From Blastomonas sp. (GTDB lineage: Bacteria > Pseudomonadota > Alphaproteobacteria > Sphingomonadales > Sphingomonadaceae), in the NCBI GenBank assembly GCA_964228845.1, contig CAXRCQ010000321.1, forward strand, positions 1 to 33,866: a DNA stretch of 33,866 nucleotides. The letters run 5' to 3'. The position numbers were made by a program, and so were the translations under genes. Under the pieces are notes generated by a model. That model saw nothing but the letters and a program-made list of their open reading frames with translations, had not been told where the DNA came from and ran no database searches. Positions 17,754-26,254 of this stretch are shown here, one piece after another. Each line of letters opens with the position of its first letter. The stretch's first letter is position 1.

Positions 17754-18289
17754 GAAAGGCTGCGATCCTTGGCCGTGCGCAGGCCGATGGCGAGCGCGGC
17801 GAGCGTCACCATGTTGCGGATGTCGCGCCGGGGCCGCTCGCCGTAATCGACGCGATAGACCCAGGACTGGTCGGGCACCGCCACCCCGATATGGGCGACG
17901 CCGGCACCCTCGCTCTCTTCGGGGTCGGATGACCCGGCAAAGCCGGTGATCGCCAGCGACAGCTGCGCATCGGCAAGACACAGGCTGTTTTCTGCCAGCG
18001 CCCGCGCCACCGGCTCGCTCACCGCGCCATGGGCCTCGATCAGGCCAGGATCGATCCCCAGCATGTCGCGCTTGGCCGCGACCGAATAGCAGACATAGCC
18101 GCGGTCGAGACAATGGCTCAGCCCCTCGACATCGGTGATCAGGGACGACAGGAAACCGCCGGTGCAGCTTTCTGCCGTCGCCAGTGTCCAGCCATGCCGG
18201 TCGAGCATGGCGAGCAGTGCCCGCGCCGCTGCGGTCAGCTGCGCGTTATCGGGCACCTGCCGGTCGTCGGCGGGAGACTGTTCGCTCAT
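17750..18289 (-). CDS. CinA C-terminal/PncC family (NMN deamidase-like)
   Basis: LATAESCTGG, Y...AK, HGAVSEPVA, ITGFAG. Confidence 0.9.
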   Translation of the reverse strand: MSEQSPADDRQVPDNAQLTAAARALLAMLDRHGWTLATAESCTGGFLSSLITDVEGLSHCLDRGYVCYSVAAKRDMLGIDPGLIEAHGAVSEPVARALAENSLCLADAQLSLAITGFAGSSDPEESEGAGVAHIGVAVPDQSWVYRVDYGERPRRDIRNMVTLAALAIGLRTAKDRSLS

Positions 18290-18303
18290 CGTCGCACCGC
18301 CGG

Positions 18304-18807
18304 TCAGGCCGACAGCGCGACCATTTCCGGTCGCGGCAAGCCATCGGCCCTGGCCTGTTTCTGAAGCTGCGCCTTGAGCTCGGCCATCTGCTCGCCCAGT
18401 GCGACCAGATCGATATCGGCCTTGCGCACCTGCGCGAAGATGCTGCCACGCTGGCGCTCTTCCTCATAGACATGATGCTCGACCTGCTCTTTCAGCACGC
18501 TGACCTTGGCGTCATAATAGGCATCGGAGGGTTCGCCCTGCTGCAGCGACAGGATCAGCGCCTTGGCGCTGTCATGCTCGACCTGGGCCTCGTCCATCAT
18601 GTCGTTGTCCACCGCATCGCGGATCGCGGGATAGAAGACCTGTTCCTCGACCATCGCGTGGATGGTCAGCTCCTCGCAGATCTGCTGGACGATCTTCTTC
18701 TGCGCTGCCTCGCCGCGAGCGCTGTCGAACTTTTCGAACAGGTCCTCGACCGTGCGGTGATCGTCCGCCAGCATCTGCAGCGCATCGCGGCTTTCCTTCT
18801 GGGCCAT
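18304..18807 (-). CDS. Hemerythrin/HHE cation-binding domain protein
   Basis: DDHR, HAMVEEQVFYP, VEH, HHVYEEE; GAAGGAGAG RBS. Confidence 0.9.
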   Translation of the reverse strand: MAQKESRDALQMLADDHRTVEDLFEKFDSARGEAAQKKIVQQICEELTIHAMVEEQVFYPAIRDAVDNDMMDEAQVEHDSAKALILSLQQGEPSDAYYDAKVSVLKEQVEHHVYEEERQRGSIFAQVRKADIDLVALGEQMAELKAQLQKQARADGLPRPEMVALSA

Positions 18808-18832
18808 GCTTCTCTCCTTCAGTCGAATCGGG

Positions 18833-19426
18833 TCAGGCGAGCATCAGCCCGGCCATGTTCATCTCGCGGCTGAGCTTCTTGTTCTCTTCGTCGCTCAAAC
18901 GCTCGCGCAGCGCAGGGAACAGCTCGTCCTCTTCCTCGCGCATATGCTCCTCGAGCGCGCTGCGCAGGCGGCCGAGCGTTTCGCTGAACGCCGGATCACC
19001 CTTGTCCATATGGCCGAGCTCGTAGAGCATCGCCTTGACCTCGCCATGCTCGCTGTTGAGCGACTTCGCCGCCTCGCCATTCTCGCCCTGGCTCAGCACC
19101 GGATAGATCACATTCTCTTCCTGCATCGCGTGCTTGGTGATCATGTGCTTGAGGTTCATCAGCAGCAGCGCGCGGCGCTCGCTCTGATCGGGCGCGAGCT
19201 GCTCGAGCTTGTCGATGACGGCCAGCGTGGCCTTGTGCTCGAGGATCAGACCCTCGCACCAGTCCTGCGCCATCGCGGTAGGGGCCTGGACCGCCATCTT
19301 GCGCCCCAGATTGGCGATCGCGGCCACGCCTGCGGTGAGCAGCAGGCCCTTGACCGAGCTGCCGAGGATCGAGCTTCCGCCCTGTCCATGGGGGGTGCGT
19401 CCATTGTGCGTTCGTGAATGCGCCAT
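18833..19426 (-). CDS. Hemerythrin/HHE domain protein with N-terminal hydrophobic segment
   Basis: LEHK, KHAMQEENVIYP, SEH, HMREEEDELFP; start MAHSRT after GAGAGGA. Confidence 0.88.
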   Translation of the reverse strand: MAHSRTHNGRTPHGQGGSSILGSSVKGLLLTAGVAAIANLGRKMAVQAPTAMAQDWCEGLILEHKATLAVIDKLEQLAPDQSERRALLLMNLKHMITKHAMQEENVIYPVLSQGENGEAAKSLNSEHGEVKAMLYELGHMDKGDPAFSETLGRLRSALEEHMREEEDELFPALRERLSDEENKKLSREMNMAGLMLA

Positions 19427-19508
19427 GCGGTGTTCCTCTCGATGGGGGCCGCCGATTCGGGGGGGGCGGCTTCGAGCCTCTGTGTCGCGCAGGCGCGGCC
19501 AAGCCACA

Positions 19509-19550
19509 CCGGCCTATGTTAACGCCCGCAGCATTTGCTGCGCCTAGCCT
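19509..19550 (+). promoter_or_regulatory. Putative Crp/Fnr class II promoter: box CCGGC-CTAT-GTTAA (19509-19522), 22 nt, -10 TAGCCT
   Basis: Shared motif and spacing; lies between divergent hemerythrin and small protein-TopIB units and may serve both. Confidence 0.65.
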
Positions 19551-19579
19551 TCGAGGCTCATTTTCAGGAGGACGGAGCC

Positions 19580-19828
19580 ATGACCGACAAGAAGCGTATC
19601 CCCGACGACATGGAAGCGCGGACCGGCAAGGGCGGTGCGGGGGAATCGAGCGGCGGCGCCTATCCCAACCCGCATACCGGCAAGGAACAGCGCGATGAAA
19701 AACGGGGATTCATCGAAGGTGGACAGAGCGAGAATCGCTATTACGGGCCGAAGCATGCGCAAGGCAATGCCGCCAAGAATGCCGGTCGCGACGAGATTGC
19801 AGGCGACAAGGACCATGAGGGCATGTGA
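19580..19828 (+). CDS. Small hydrophilic disordered protein, 82 aa (GESSGGAYPNPHTGK...GGQSENRYYG)
   Basis: ATG after AGGAGGACGGAG; hydrophilin-like composition. Confidence 0.75.
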   Translation: MTDKKRIPDDMEARTGKGGAGESSGGAYPNPHTGKEQRDEKRGFIEGGQSENRYYGPKHAQGNAAKNAGRDEIAGDKDHEGM

Positions 19829-19855
19829 TCTGTCCGCTGCCTGTGCTGCCCACCG

Positions 19856-20839
19856 ATGAGCGACGCCGTTGCGCTGGTCTTCACGCAGGACGACATGCCC
19901 GGCATCACCCGCAAGCGGCGCGGCAAGGGGTTCAGCTATTACGATGCGAAGGGCAAGCTTATCCGCGATCACGCGGAGCGCCAGCGGATCAACCGCCTCG
20001 CCATCCCGCCGGCCTATGAGCAGGTCTGGATCTGCCCAGACCCCAACGGGCATCTGCAGGCGACGGGGCGCGATGCGCGCGGGCGCAAGCAATATCGCTA
20101 TCACCCCGCCTATCGCGAACAGCAGGACGCGGCCAAGTTCGCCCGGCTTGCCAGTTTCGGGGCGAAGCTGCCCGCGATCCGCGAGCAGATCGAGAAGGAC
20201 ATTTCCGCGCGTGGCACGTCCCGCACCTGCGTGCTGGCGACGATCCTTCACCTGCTCGATTGCACCGCGATCCGCATCGGCAATGCGCTCTATGCCAAGC
20301 AGAACCGGTCCTACGGGCTGACCACCCTGCATTGCCGCCATGTCGCGCTCGAAGCCTCGCAGATCCGTTTCCGCTTCAACGGCAAGGGCGGGCGCAAATG
20401 GGACGTGTCGCTGCGCCACCGGCGGGTCGCCAAGGTGCTGCGCGGCCTGCAGGACCTGCCCGGCCAGCAGCTGTTCCGGTACAAGGATGGCAACGAGCTG
20501 CGCGCTGTGACGTCCGACGATATCAACGCCTATCTGCGCGAGCTTGGCGGAGAGGATTTCTCGGCCAAGGATTTTCGCACCTGGTGCGGCACCGTCACCG
20601 CGTTCTCGTCCCTGTGCGAATTGAGTCAGCAGGAAGCGCCCCCGCCGCCTGAAAAGGCGATCCGCGAGGCGGTGGCGCGCGCTGCCGATGCGCTGGGCAA
20701 CACCCCGACCATCTGCCGCCAATCCTATATCCATCCCGAGATACTGGAGGCCTATCGCGAGGAGGATGCAGCGTTCCGTCGTACCGACCCGGACGATGCC
20801 GAACCAGCGGTGCTCAAACTGCTGAAAAAGCGCCGCTGA
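19856..20839 (+). CDS. Bacterial DNA topoisomerase IB
   Basis: PGITR, IPPAYEQVWIC, HLQATGRDARGRKQYRYH; catalytic IRIGN, FNGKGG, KDFRTW, LGNT, CRQSYIHP. Confidence 0.95.
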   Translation: MSDAVALVFTQDDMPGITRKRRGKGFSYYDAKGKLIRDHAERQRINRLAIPPAYEQVWICPDPNGHLQATGRDARGRKQYRYHPAYREQQDAAKFARLASFGAKLPAIREQIEKDISARGTSRTCVLATILHLLDCTAIRIGNALYAKQNRSYGLTTLHCRHVALEASQIRFRFNGKGGRKWDVSLRHRRVAKVLRGLQDLPGQQLFRYKDGNELRAVTSDDINAYLRELGGEDFSAKDFRTWCGTVTAFSSLCELSQQEAPPPPEKAIREAVARAADALGNTPTICRQSYIHPEILEAYREEDAAFRRTDPDDAEPAVLKLLKKRR

Positions 20840-20841
20840 GC

Positions 20842-20866
20842 GGAACCCAACGCCCCCTGAAGCGTG
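20842..20866 (+). promoter_or_regulatory. EcfG-type promoter GGAAC-N16-CGTG for otsB-GH15-otsA
   Basis: Perfect -35, one mismatch in -10, in the topIB-otsB gap. Confidence 0.65.
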
Positions 20867-20914
20867 TCCCTTCCATCACCTCCATGGATGGACCCAAAAA
20901 GGAGCCGCACCCGC

Positions 20915-21688
20915 GTGCCTGAAAGCCCCGTGCAGACAATCGCCCTTGCCCCCGAACCGGCCATTGCCTCTGACCCAGATTGCCCAGGGCCCATCGCGCT
21001 GCTGCTCGATTTTGACGGAACGCTGGTCGATATCGGCGAGACGCCCGACGCGGTCAGGGTCGCCGACAGCATGGCCGAAACCCTCGCCGATGCCGCGCGC
21101 AAGCTCGGCGGGCGCATTGCGGTGGTCAGCGGACGGTCGCTTGAACAGCTCCATCACCTGCTGCCGCGCGCGCTGTCGGGAGGGGTGATCGCGGCCAGCC
21201 ATGGCCAGGAGCTCAGCGTCGATGGAAAGGTCCAGGCTCCCAAGCCGACGCGGCTCTTTTCCGATCTGGCCTTCGAGGCGGCGCTGCATTTCGAGAATTG
21301 TCCGGGCATCGTCATCGAGGAGAAGACCTATGGGCTGGGCGTCCATTACCGGCTGATGCCGCAGCTGCGCGACCGAGCCGAACAATGGGCGATGGCACAG
21401 GCCGCAGCGCATGGGCTGGTCGTTCAGCAGGGCGACATGGTGTTCGAACTGCGTCCCGGCGGATCGGACAAGGGCGATGCGGTGCGCTCCATCATGGCGC
21501 TCCACCGCTTTGCAGGCAGCACCCCCGTGTTCATCGGCGATGACCTGACCGACATACCGGCGTTCGAGGCGGTCCGGGCGCTGGGTGGACGGGCGATCAG
21601 CGTCGGCTCGCGCACCGCCGACCATGCGGACGAACGGCTCGACAGCGTCGAAGGCGTGCGCCGCCATATCGCGGAGCTCGTCGCATGA
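20915..21688 (+). CDS. otsB: Trehalose-6-phosphate phosphatase
   Basis: HAD motifs LDFDGTL, SGR, DKG, FIGDDLTD; start at GTG after AAGGAG (alternatives 20888, 20864). Confidence 0.93.
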   Translation: MPESPVQTIALAPEPAIASDPDCPGPIALLLDFDGTLVDIGETPDAVRVADSMAETLADAARKLGGRIAVVSGRSLEQLHHLLPRALSGGVIAASHGQELSVDGKVQAPKPTRLFSDLAFEAALHFENCPGIVIEEKTYGLGVHYRLMPQLRDRAEQWAMAQAAAHGLVVQQGDMVFELRPGGSDKGDAVRSIMALHRFAGSTPVFIGDDLTDIPAFEAVRALGGRAISVGSRTADHADERLDSVEGVRRHIAELVA

Positions 21689-23490
21689 ACGGCGCCCAGA
21701 ACCAGGCCCAGAAACAGGCGATGAATCTCTGGCCGATCGGCAATTGCGAGATCGCCGCACTGGTCGACCCCAATGCCCGCATCGCCTGGGGCTGCCTGCC
21801 GCGCTTTGATGGCGATCCGGTCTTCTGCTCGCTGCTCGAGCCCCAGCAGGACCATGGCTATTGGGACATCGTGCTCGAGAACTGCGCGCATACCGAGCAA
21901 CGCTATATCCGCAACACCCCGGTGCTGGTGACGCGCATGTCGTGCGATGCGGGCAATGTCATCGAGGTCGTGGATTTCATGCCGCGCTTCCCGCGCCATG
22001 GCCGCATGTTCCGCCCGGTGGCGATCGCGCGGATCGTCCGCGTCATCAGCGGGTCACCGCGCATCTCTGTCCGCTTGCGTCCTGCCTATGCTTGGGGCGA
22101 GGGTTCGCCGCGCCTCACATCGGGCTCCAATCACATACGCTATATCCTGGGCGAGCAGGTCCAGCGATTGACCTCGAACGCCCCTTTGGGCTGGATCAGG
22201 GACGAGCGCATGTTCAGGGCAGAACGCGACCTCTATTTCTATTTCGGCCCCGACGAGGGGTTCGACGCGCAGCTCGAGGCGCGGATGGAGGCGATGCTCG
22301 ATGAAACCGTCTCGACCTGGCAGCACTGGGTGCGCGGGCTCAACCTGCCGCTCGAATGGCAGGAGGCGGTGATCCGTTCGGCGATCACGCTCAAGCTGTG
22401 CCAGTATGAGCAGACCGGGGCGATCGTCGCGGCGCTGACCACCTCGCTGCCCGAACATGCCGATTCGGGGCGCAACTGGGACTATCGCTTCTGCTGGATC
22501 CGCGATGCCTATTTCACCGTCCAGGCGCTCAACCGGCTGGGCGCGCTCGACGTGCTTGAATCCTACCTGCATTATCTGCGCAACATCGTCGATGCGGCGC
22601 GTGGCGGGCATATCCAGCCGCTCTACGGCATCGGCGGCGAAGCGACGCTCACAGAGCACATCATGCCCGGCCTTGCGGGGTTCGCAGGGATGGGGCCGGT
22701 ACGGTCGGGCAACCAGGCCTATGAGCAGGTCCAGCACGACGCCTATGGCCAGATCGTGCTGTCGAGCGTCCAGGCGTTTTTCGATCAGCGGCTGCTGCGC
22801 CAGGCGACGGTACAGGATTTTGAGGCGCTCGAGGTCGTCGGCCACCGCGCCTTCGCCATGTTCAACCAGCCCGATGCCGGCCTGTGGGAATTGCGCACGC
22901 GCGCGCATGTCCATACCTATTCCGCCGCAATGTGCTGGGCGGCGTGCGATCGTCTCGCCAATGCCGCTGGCGCGATCGGGCGACCCAAGGCGGCGATGTT
23001 CTGGGGCGAGCGCGCCGAACATATCCGTGACCATATCGATGCCCATGCCTGGAGCCATGTGGGCAACCATTATTCGGCGGTGCTCGGCGAGCGCACGCTC
23101 GATGCCAGCCTGTTGCAGCTGCTCGACCTGAAGTTCGTCCGCGCCGACGATCCGCGCTTCATCTCCACGCTCGACGCGATCGAAGGCGGGCTGAGGCGCG
23201 GCAGCCATATGCTGCGCTATGCCGACGAGGATGATTTCGGTCCGCCGCAATCGGCATTCAACGTCTGCACCTTCTGGCTGATCGAGGCGCTGCACGCGAC
23301 CGGCCGCTATGGTGACGCAAGGGCGCTGTTCGAGGAGATGCTGAGCAGGCGCACCCCTGCCGGCCTGCTCTCCGAAGATATCGACCCCAGCAGCGGCGCG
23401 CTGTGGGGCAATTATCCGCAAACCTATTCGCTGGTGGGGCTGATCCAGTGCGCAGGCCTGCTCTCCCGGCCCTGGAGTGACGCACGATGA
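21685..23490 (+). CDS. Glycoside hydrolase family 15 (trehalase-like)
   Basis: TGAIVAALTTSLPE, RNWDYRFCWIRD, DAGLWELR, GLLSED, LWGNYPQTYS; ATGA overlaps at both ends. Confidence 0.92.
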   Translation: MNGAQNQAQKQAMNLWPIGNCEIAALVDPNARIAWGCLPRFDGDPVFCSLLEPQQDHGYWDIVLENCAHTEQRYIRNTPVLVTRMSCDAGNVIEVVDFMPRFPRHGRMFRPVAIARIVRVISGSPRISVRLRPAYAWGEGSPRLTSGSNHIRYILGEQVQRLTSNAPLGWIRDERMFRAERDLYFYFGPDEGFDAQLEARMEAMLDETVSTWQHWVRGLNLPLEWQEAVIRSAITLKLCQYEQTGAIVAALTTSLPEHADSGRNWDYRFCWIRDAYFTVQALNRLGALDVLESYLHYLRNIVDAARGGHIQPLYGIGGEATLTEHIMPGLAGFAGMGPVRSGNQAYEQVQHDAYGQIVLSSVQAFFDQRLLRQATVQDFEALEVVGHRAFAMFNQPDAGLWELRTRAHVHTYSAAMCWAACDRLANAAGAIGRPKAAMFWGERAEHIRDHIDAHAWSHVGNHYSAVLGERTLDASLLQLLDLKFVRADDPRFISTLDAIEGGLRRGSHMLRYADEDDFGPPQSAFNVCTFWLIEALHATGRYGDARALFEEMLSRRTPAGLLSEDIDPSSGALWGNYPQTYSLVGLIQCAGLLSRPWSDAR

Positions 23491-24905
23491 ACCGTCTGAT
23501 CTGCATATCGAACCGGGTCCAGGCCGCGCATGGCGGCGCGAGCAGCAACCGGGGCGGGCTCGCCGTAGCGCTTTCGGCTGCGCTCCGGGAAAGCAACGGC
23601 ATATGGTTCGGCTGGTCGGGCGAGCAGACCGACGAGTTCACCGGCCAGATCAGCTTCCGCCGCCAGGACGGGGTCGCCACCGCGACGATCGACCTGGAAG
23701 CGCAGGATATCGAGGAATATTATAACGGTTTTGCCAACCGCACGCTCTGGCCGCTGTTCCACTATCGGCTCGACCTGACCGAGATCGCGCGCGATTTCGC
23801 CGGAGGCTATGCACGCGTCAACCAGCGCTTTGCCGAGACGGTCGCACCGCTGATCGAGCCCGACGACATGATCTGGGTGCACGATTATCACCTGATGCCG
23901 CTGGGCCAGCGTCTGCGCGAGCGCGGGTTCGACAATCGGCTGGGCTTCTTCCTGCACACCCCCTGGCCGCCTGCCAGCCTGATGGTGTCGCTGCCGGGTC
24001 ATCGCGAGCTGGTCAGGAGCCTGCTCAGCTATGACGTGATCGGCTTTCACACGGACGAATGGCGCGCCTCTTTCATCGATTATGTCGTGACGCATCTCGG
24101 GGCGGAGATGGACGGTGACCATGCCGTGCTCGACGGGCGTTCGACCCGGCTGCTGATCTGTCCGATCGGGCTCGATACGGCGGAATTCACGTCCGCCAAG
24201 GATACGCCCGCCGCGCGCGACGCCGAACAGCGTCTGATCGCCAGCGCGGTCGGCAGGCAGGTGATCGTCGGGGTCGACCGGCTCGATTATTCCAAGGGGC
24301 TGCAGGAGCGGTTCCTGGCCTATGAGCAGCTGCTCAACACCCGGCCCGACCTGCGCGAGAAGCTGTTCCTGCTGCAGATTGCCCCGCCCTCGCGCGGCGA
24401 CGTTCCGAGCTATCAGCAGATCCGCGCCGAGCTGAACGCGCTGTCGGGCGGGATCAATGGCGAGTTCGCCTCGATCGACTGGGTGCCGGTGCGCTATGTC
24501 AACAAGGGCTATGCCCGCGAGCAGCTGTTCGGCATCTACCGCGCCTCGCGCGTCGGGCTGGTCACCCCCTTGCGCGACGGGATGAACCTGGTGGCCAAGG
24601 AATATGTCGCGGCGCAGGATCCGGAAGACCCCGGCGTGCTGGTGCTGTCGCGCTTTGCCGGAGCCTCGGTTCAGCTCGATGCGGCGCTGATCATCAATCC
24701 GCACAGCAGCGAGGACATGGCCGATGCGATCGCCCGCGCGCTGACCATGCCGCTTGAGGAGCGCCGCGAGCGCCACGCCGCGATGCTCGCCTCTGTGGTC
24801 AAGCAGGACGTGCGCTGGTGGAGCGCGCGTTTCATCTCGGCGCTGCAGCCGCCCCAGCCGAGCGAGGATCGGCCGCGGCTCGCGCTGGCGGGTGGAAAGG
24901 GCTAA
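23487..24905 (+). CDS. otsA: Trehalose-6-phosphate synthase (GT20)
   Basis: SNRV, GGLAVAL, WFGWSG, WVHDYHL, FFLHTPWP, VDRLDYSKG, LRDGMNLVAKEY. Confidence 0.96.
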   Translation: MNRLICISNRVQAAHGGASSNRGGLAVALSAALRESNGIWFGWSGEQTDEFTGQISFRRQDGVATATIDLEAQDIEEYYNGFANRTLWPLFHYRLDLTEIARDFAGGYARVNQRFAETVAPLIEPDDMIWVHDYHLMPLGQRLRERGFDNRLGFFLHTPWPPASLMVSLPGHRELVRSLLSYDVIGFHTDEWRASFIDYVVTHLGAEMDGDHAVLDGRSTRLLICPIGLDTAEFTSAKDTPAARDAEQRLIASAVGRQVIVGVDRLDYSKGLQERFLAYEQLLNTRPDLREKLFLLQIAPPSRGDVPSYQQIRAELNALSGGINGEFASIDWVPVRYVNKGYAREQLFGIYRASRVGLVTPLRDGMNLVAKEYVAAQDPEDPGVLVLSRFAGASVQLDAALIINPHSSEDMADAIARALTMPLEERRERHAAMLASVVKQDVRWWSARFISALQPPQPSEDRPRLALAGGKG

Positions 24906-24926
24906 ACAGCGCCCGCGCCGCCTTCC

Positions 24927-24954
24927 AAAAAAAATGGCGACCCAGGGGCCGCCA
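24927..24954 (-). terminator. Intrinsic terminator of the DUF4142 gene
   Basis: Minus strand TGGCGGCC-CCTG-GGTCGCCA followed by T8. Confidence 0.85.
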
Positions 24955-24985
24955 GTGAGGTGGAGAGAAGGATGATCGTGCCACC

Positions 24986-25636
24986 TTATTGATCTGCGGT
25001 CGTCCCGGTTGCGCGAGGTGCCCGATTGGCGGACGCCGATTCACCGCTGGTCCCCATGCCGTTCTGCTCGAGCCAGTCGTGATGCTTCTGCACCACCGGC
25101 ACGACCTTGGCAGCAAAGCCCTTGAGCTCGGCATTGTCGCCGCTCTGCGCATAGCTCTGGTGAAGCGCGAGCGCCTTGCGATGAGCCATCATCTGCTGGT
25201 TCATATATTCGCGGTCGAAATCCTCGCCCTTTGCAGCCTTGAGCCGATCGATCATCGCCTGATGCTCGTCATCGAGCCGCGCCGGGGGCTGGGCACCGAG
25301 ATTGGCGCGCGACACCAGCGCGGCCATGTCCTGCGAGGACTTTGTATGGTCGGTGACCATCATCTGGCCGAAATCCTTGACCTGTTGCGACTGGCCGTTC
25401 TTCGTTGCCAGCTCGCCTGCCTGGATCTCGTACATGTCCGAATTGGCCGCCTGCGCGACATAGGTGCCGGTCGAAACCGGAGTGGTGGACATGGCCGGGT
25501 CGGCCGCGCCGTCCATCGCCATGGTGTCCTGCTGGCTCGCGGCCATGTCGTCTGTCGCCGTGTCCGAACCCGTCCCTTCGGGCGCGTTGCACGCCGTCGC
25601 GAGCAGAGCCGCCGTCAAAATTGCCAAATTGCGCAT
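24986..25636 (-). CDS. DUF4142 domain lipoprotein
   Basis: Lipobox LLATAC; SDMYEIQAG, FGQMMVTDH, FDREY..QQ..AH, VVQKH; ATG 25636 (GTG 25642 alternative). Confidence 0.88.
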   Translation of the reverse strand: MRNLAILTAALLATACNAPEGTGSDTATDDMAASQQDTMAMDGAADPAMSTTPVSTGTYVAQAANSDMYEIQAGELATKNGQSQQVKDFGQMMVTDHTKSSQDMAALVSRANLGAQPPARLDDEHQAMIDRLKAAKGEDFDREYMNQQMMAHRKALALHQSYAQSGDNAELKGFAAKVVPVVQKHHDWLEQNGMGTSGESASANRAPRATGTTADQ

Positions 25637-25666
25637 CGTCACATCCTTTCGATGGGTGATGCAGCA

Positions 25667-25708
25667 GGAATAGGTGGGGGAGCGAAGGACGGAACTTACA
25701 TAGGAAAG
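25667..25708 (-). promoter_or_regulatory. Putative Crp/Fnr class II promoter: box CTTTC-CTAT-GTAAG (25708-25695), 22 nt, -10 TATTCC
   Basis: Shares CCTATGTAAG exactly with the 13878 site; same spacing. Confidence 0.65.
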
Positions 25709-25728
25709 TTCACGCGCCCTGACTTCGA

Positions 25729-26145
25729 TCAGCGAAGGGGGCCAGCGCGAGGGCTTTGCATCAATCGCGCCATCATCTCGACCATTTCGGCAAAGCCCTG
25801 ATGTGACAACGGCTTTTCAAAGCGCGTGACCTCGCGAAAGCAATCGGCGATCGGGTCTTCGCCATAGCCGGTGCAGAAGAGGAAGGGCACGCCCAGCGCT
25901 TCCAGATGCCGCGCAAACGGAAAGATCAGTGTCCCGCGCAGGTTGACATCGAGAATGGCGATATCGATCGCCAGCGCATCGTTCAGCAGCCGGTGCGCCG
26001 CCTCCAGCGTCGCCGCCGGCCCGACAATCTCCGCTCCATGCACCATCAACCTTCGCGAGAAGTCATCCGCGATCAGGAAATCATCTTCCACAACAAGCAC
26101 GCGGCAATCGCGCAGCAGGCCTTCGTCAGTAGACGGTGATGTCAT
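25729..26145 (-). CDS. Single-domain response regulator, FATGUY (SdrG/MrrA-like) type
   Basis: VLVVEDD, ILDVNL (phospho-Asp), PFLFCTGY, EKP; start MTSPST. Confidence 0.9.
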   Translation of the reverse strand: MTSPSTDEGLLRDCRVLVVEDDFLIADDFSRRLMVHGAEIVGPAATLEAAHRLLNDALAIDIAILDVNLRGTLIFPFARHLEALGVPFLFCTGYGEDPIADCFREVTRFEKPLSHQGFAEMVEMMARLMQSPRAGPLR

Positions 26146-26254
26146 TGAACACTCTAGCTTTTTGGACCGGACCGGGAAACGCAGTGTCTGATGCAACATA
26201 CCCGCAGGCCGTGCGTAGGTTCCCTCGGACGACGCCATGGGAGGTCGAATAATC

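Noticed and set aside
19856-20839. Possible tyrosine recombinase/integrase
   Set aside because: The fold is related, but the motifs (HLQATGRDARGRKQYRYH, KDFRTW, LGNT, SYIHP) are those of TopIB
21694-21717. 12-bp tandem duplication (AQNQ-AQKQ) at the GH15 N-terminus; similar PGPL repeat near 1285-1315
   Set aside because: Trivial in-frame duplications in disordered termini
24972-24992. Plus-strand micro-ORF MIVPPY after an SD-like GGAGAGAAGG
   Set aside because: Only 6 codons, antisense to the DUF4142 3' end; better explained as the complement of the CU-rich 3'UTR element or as chance
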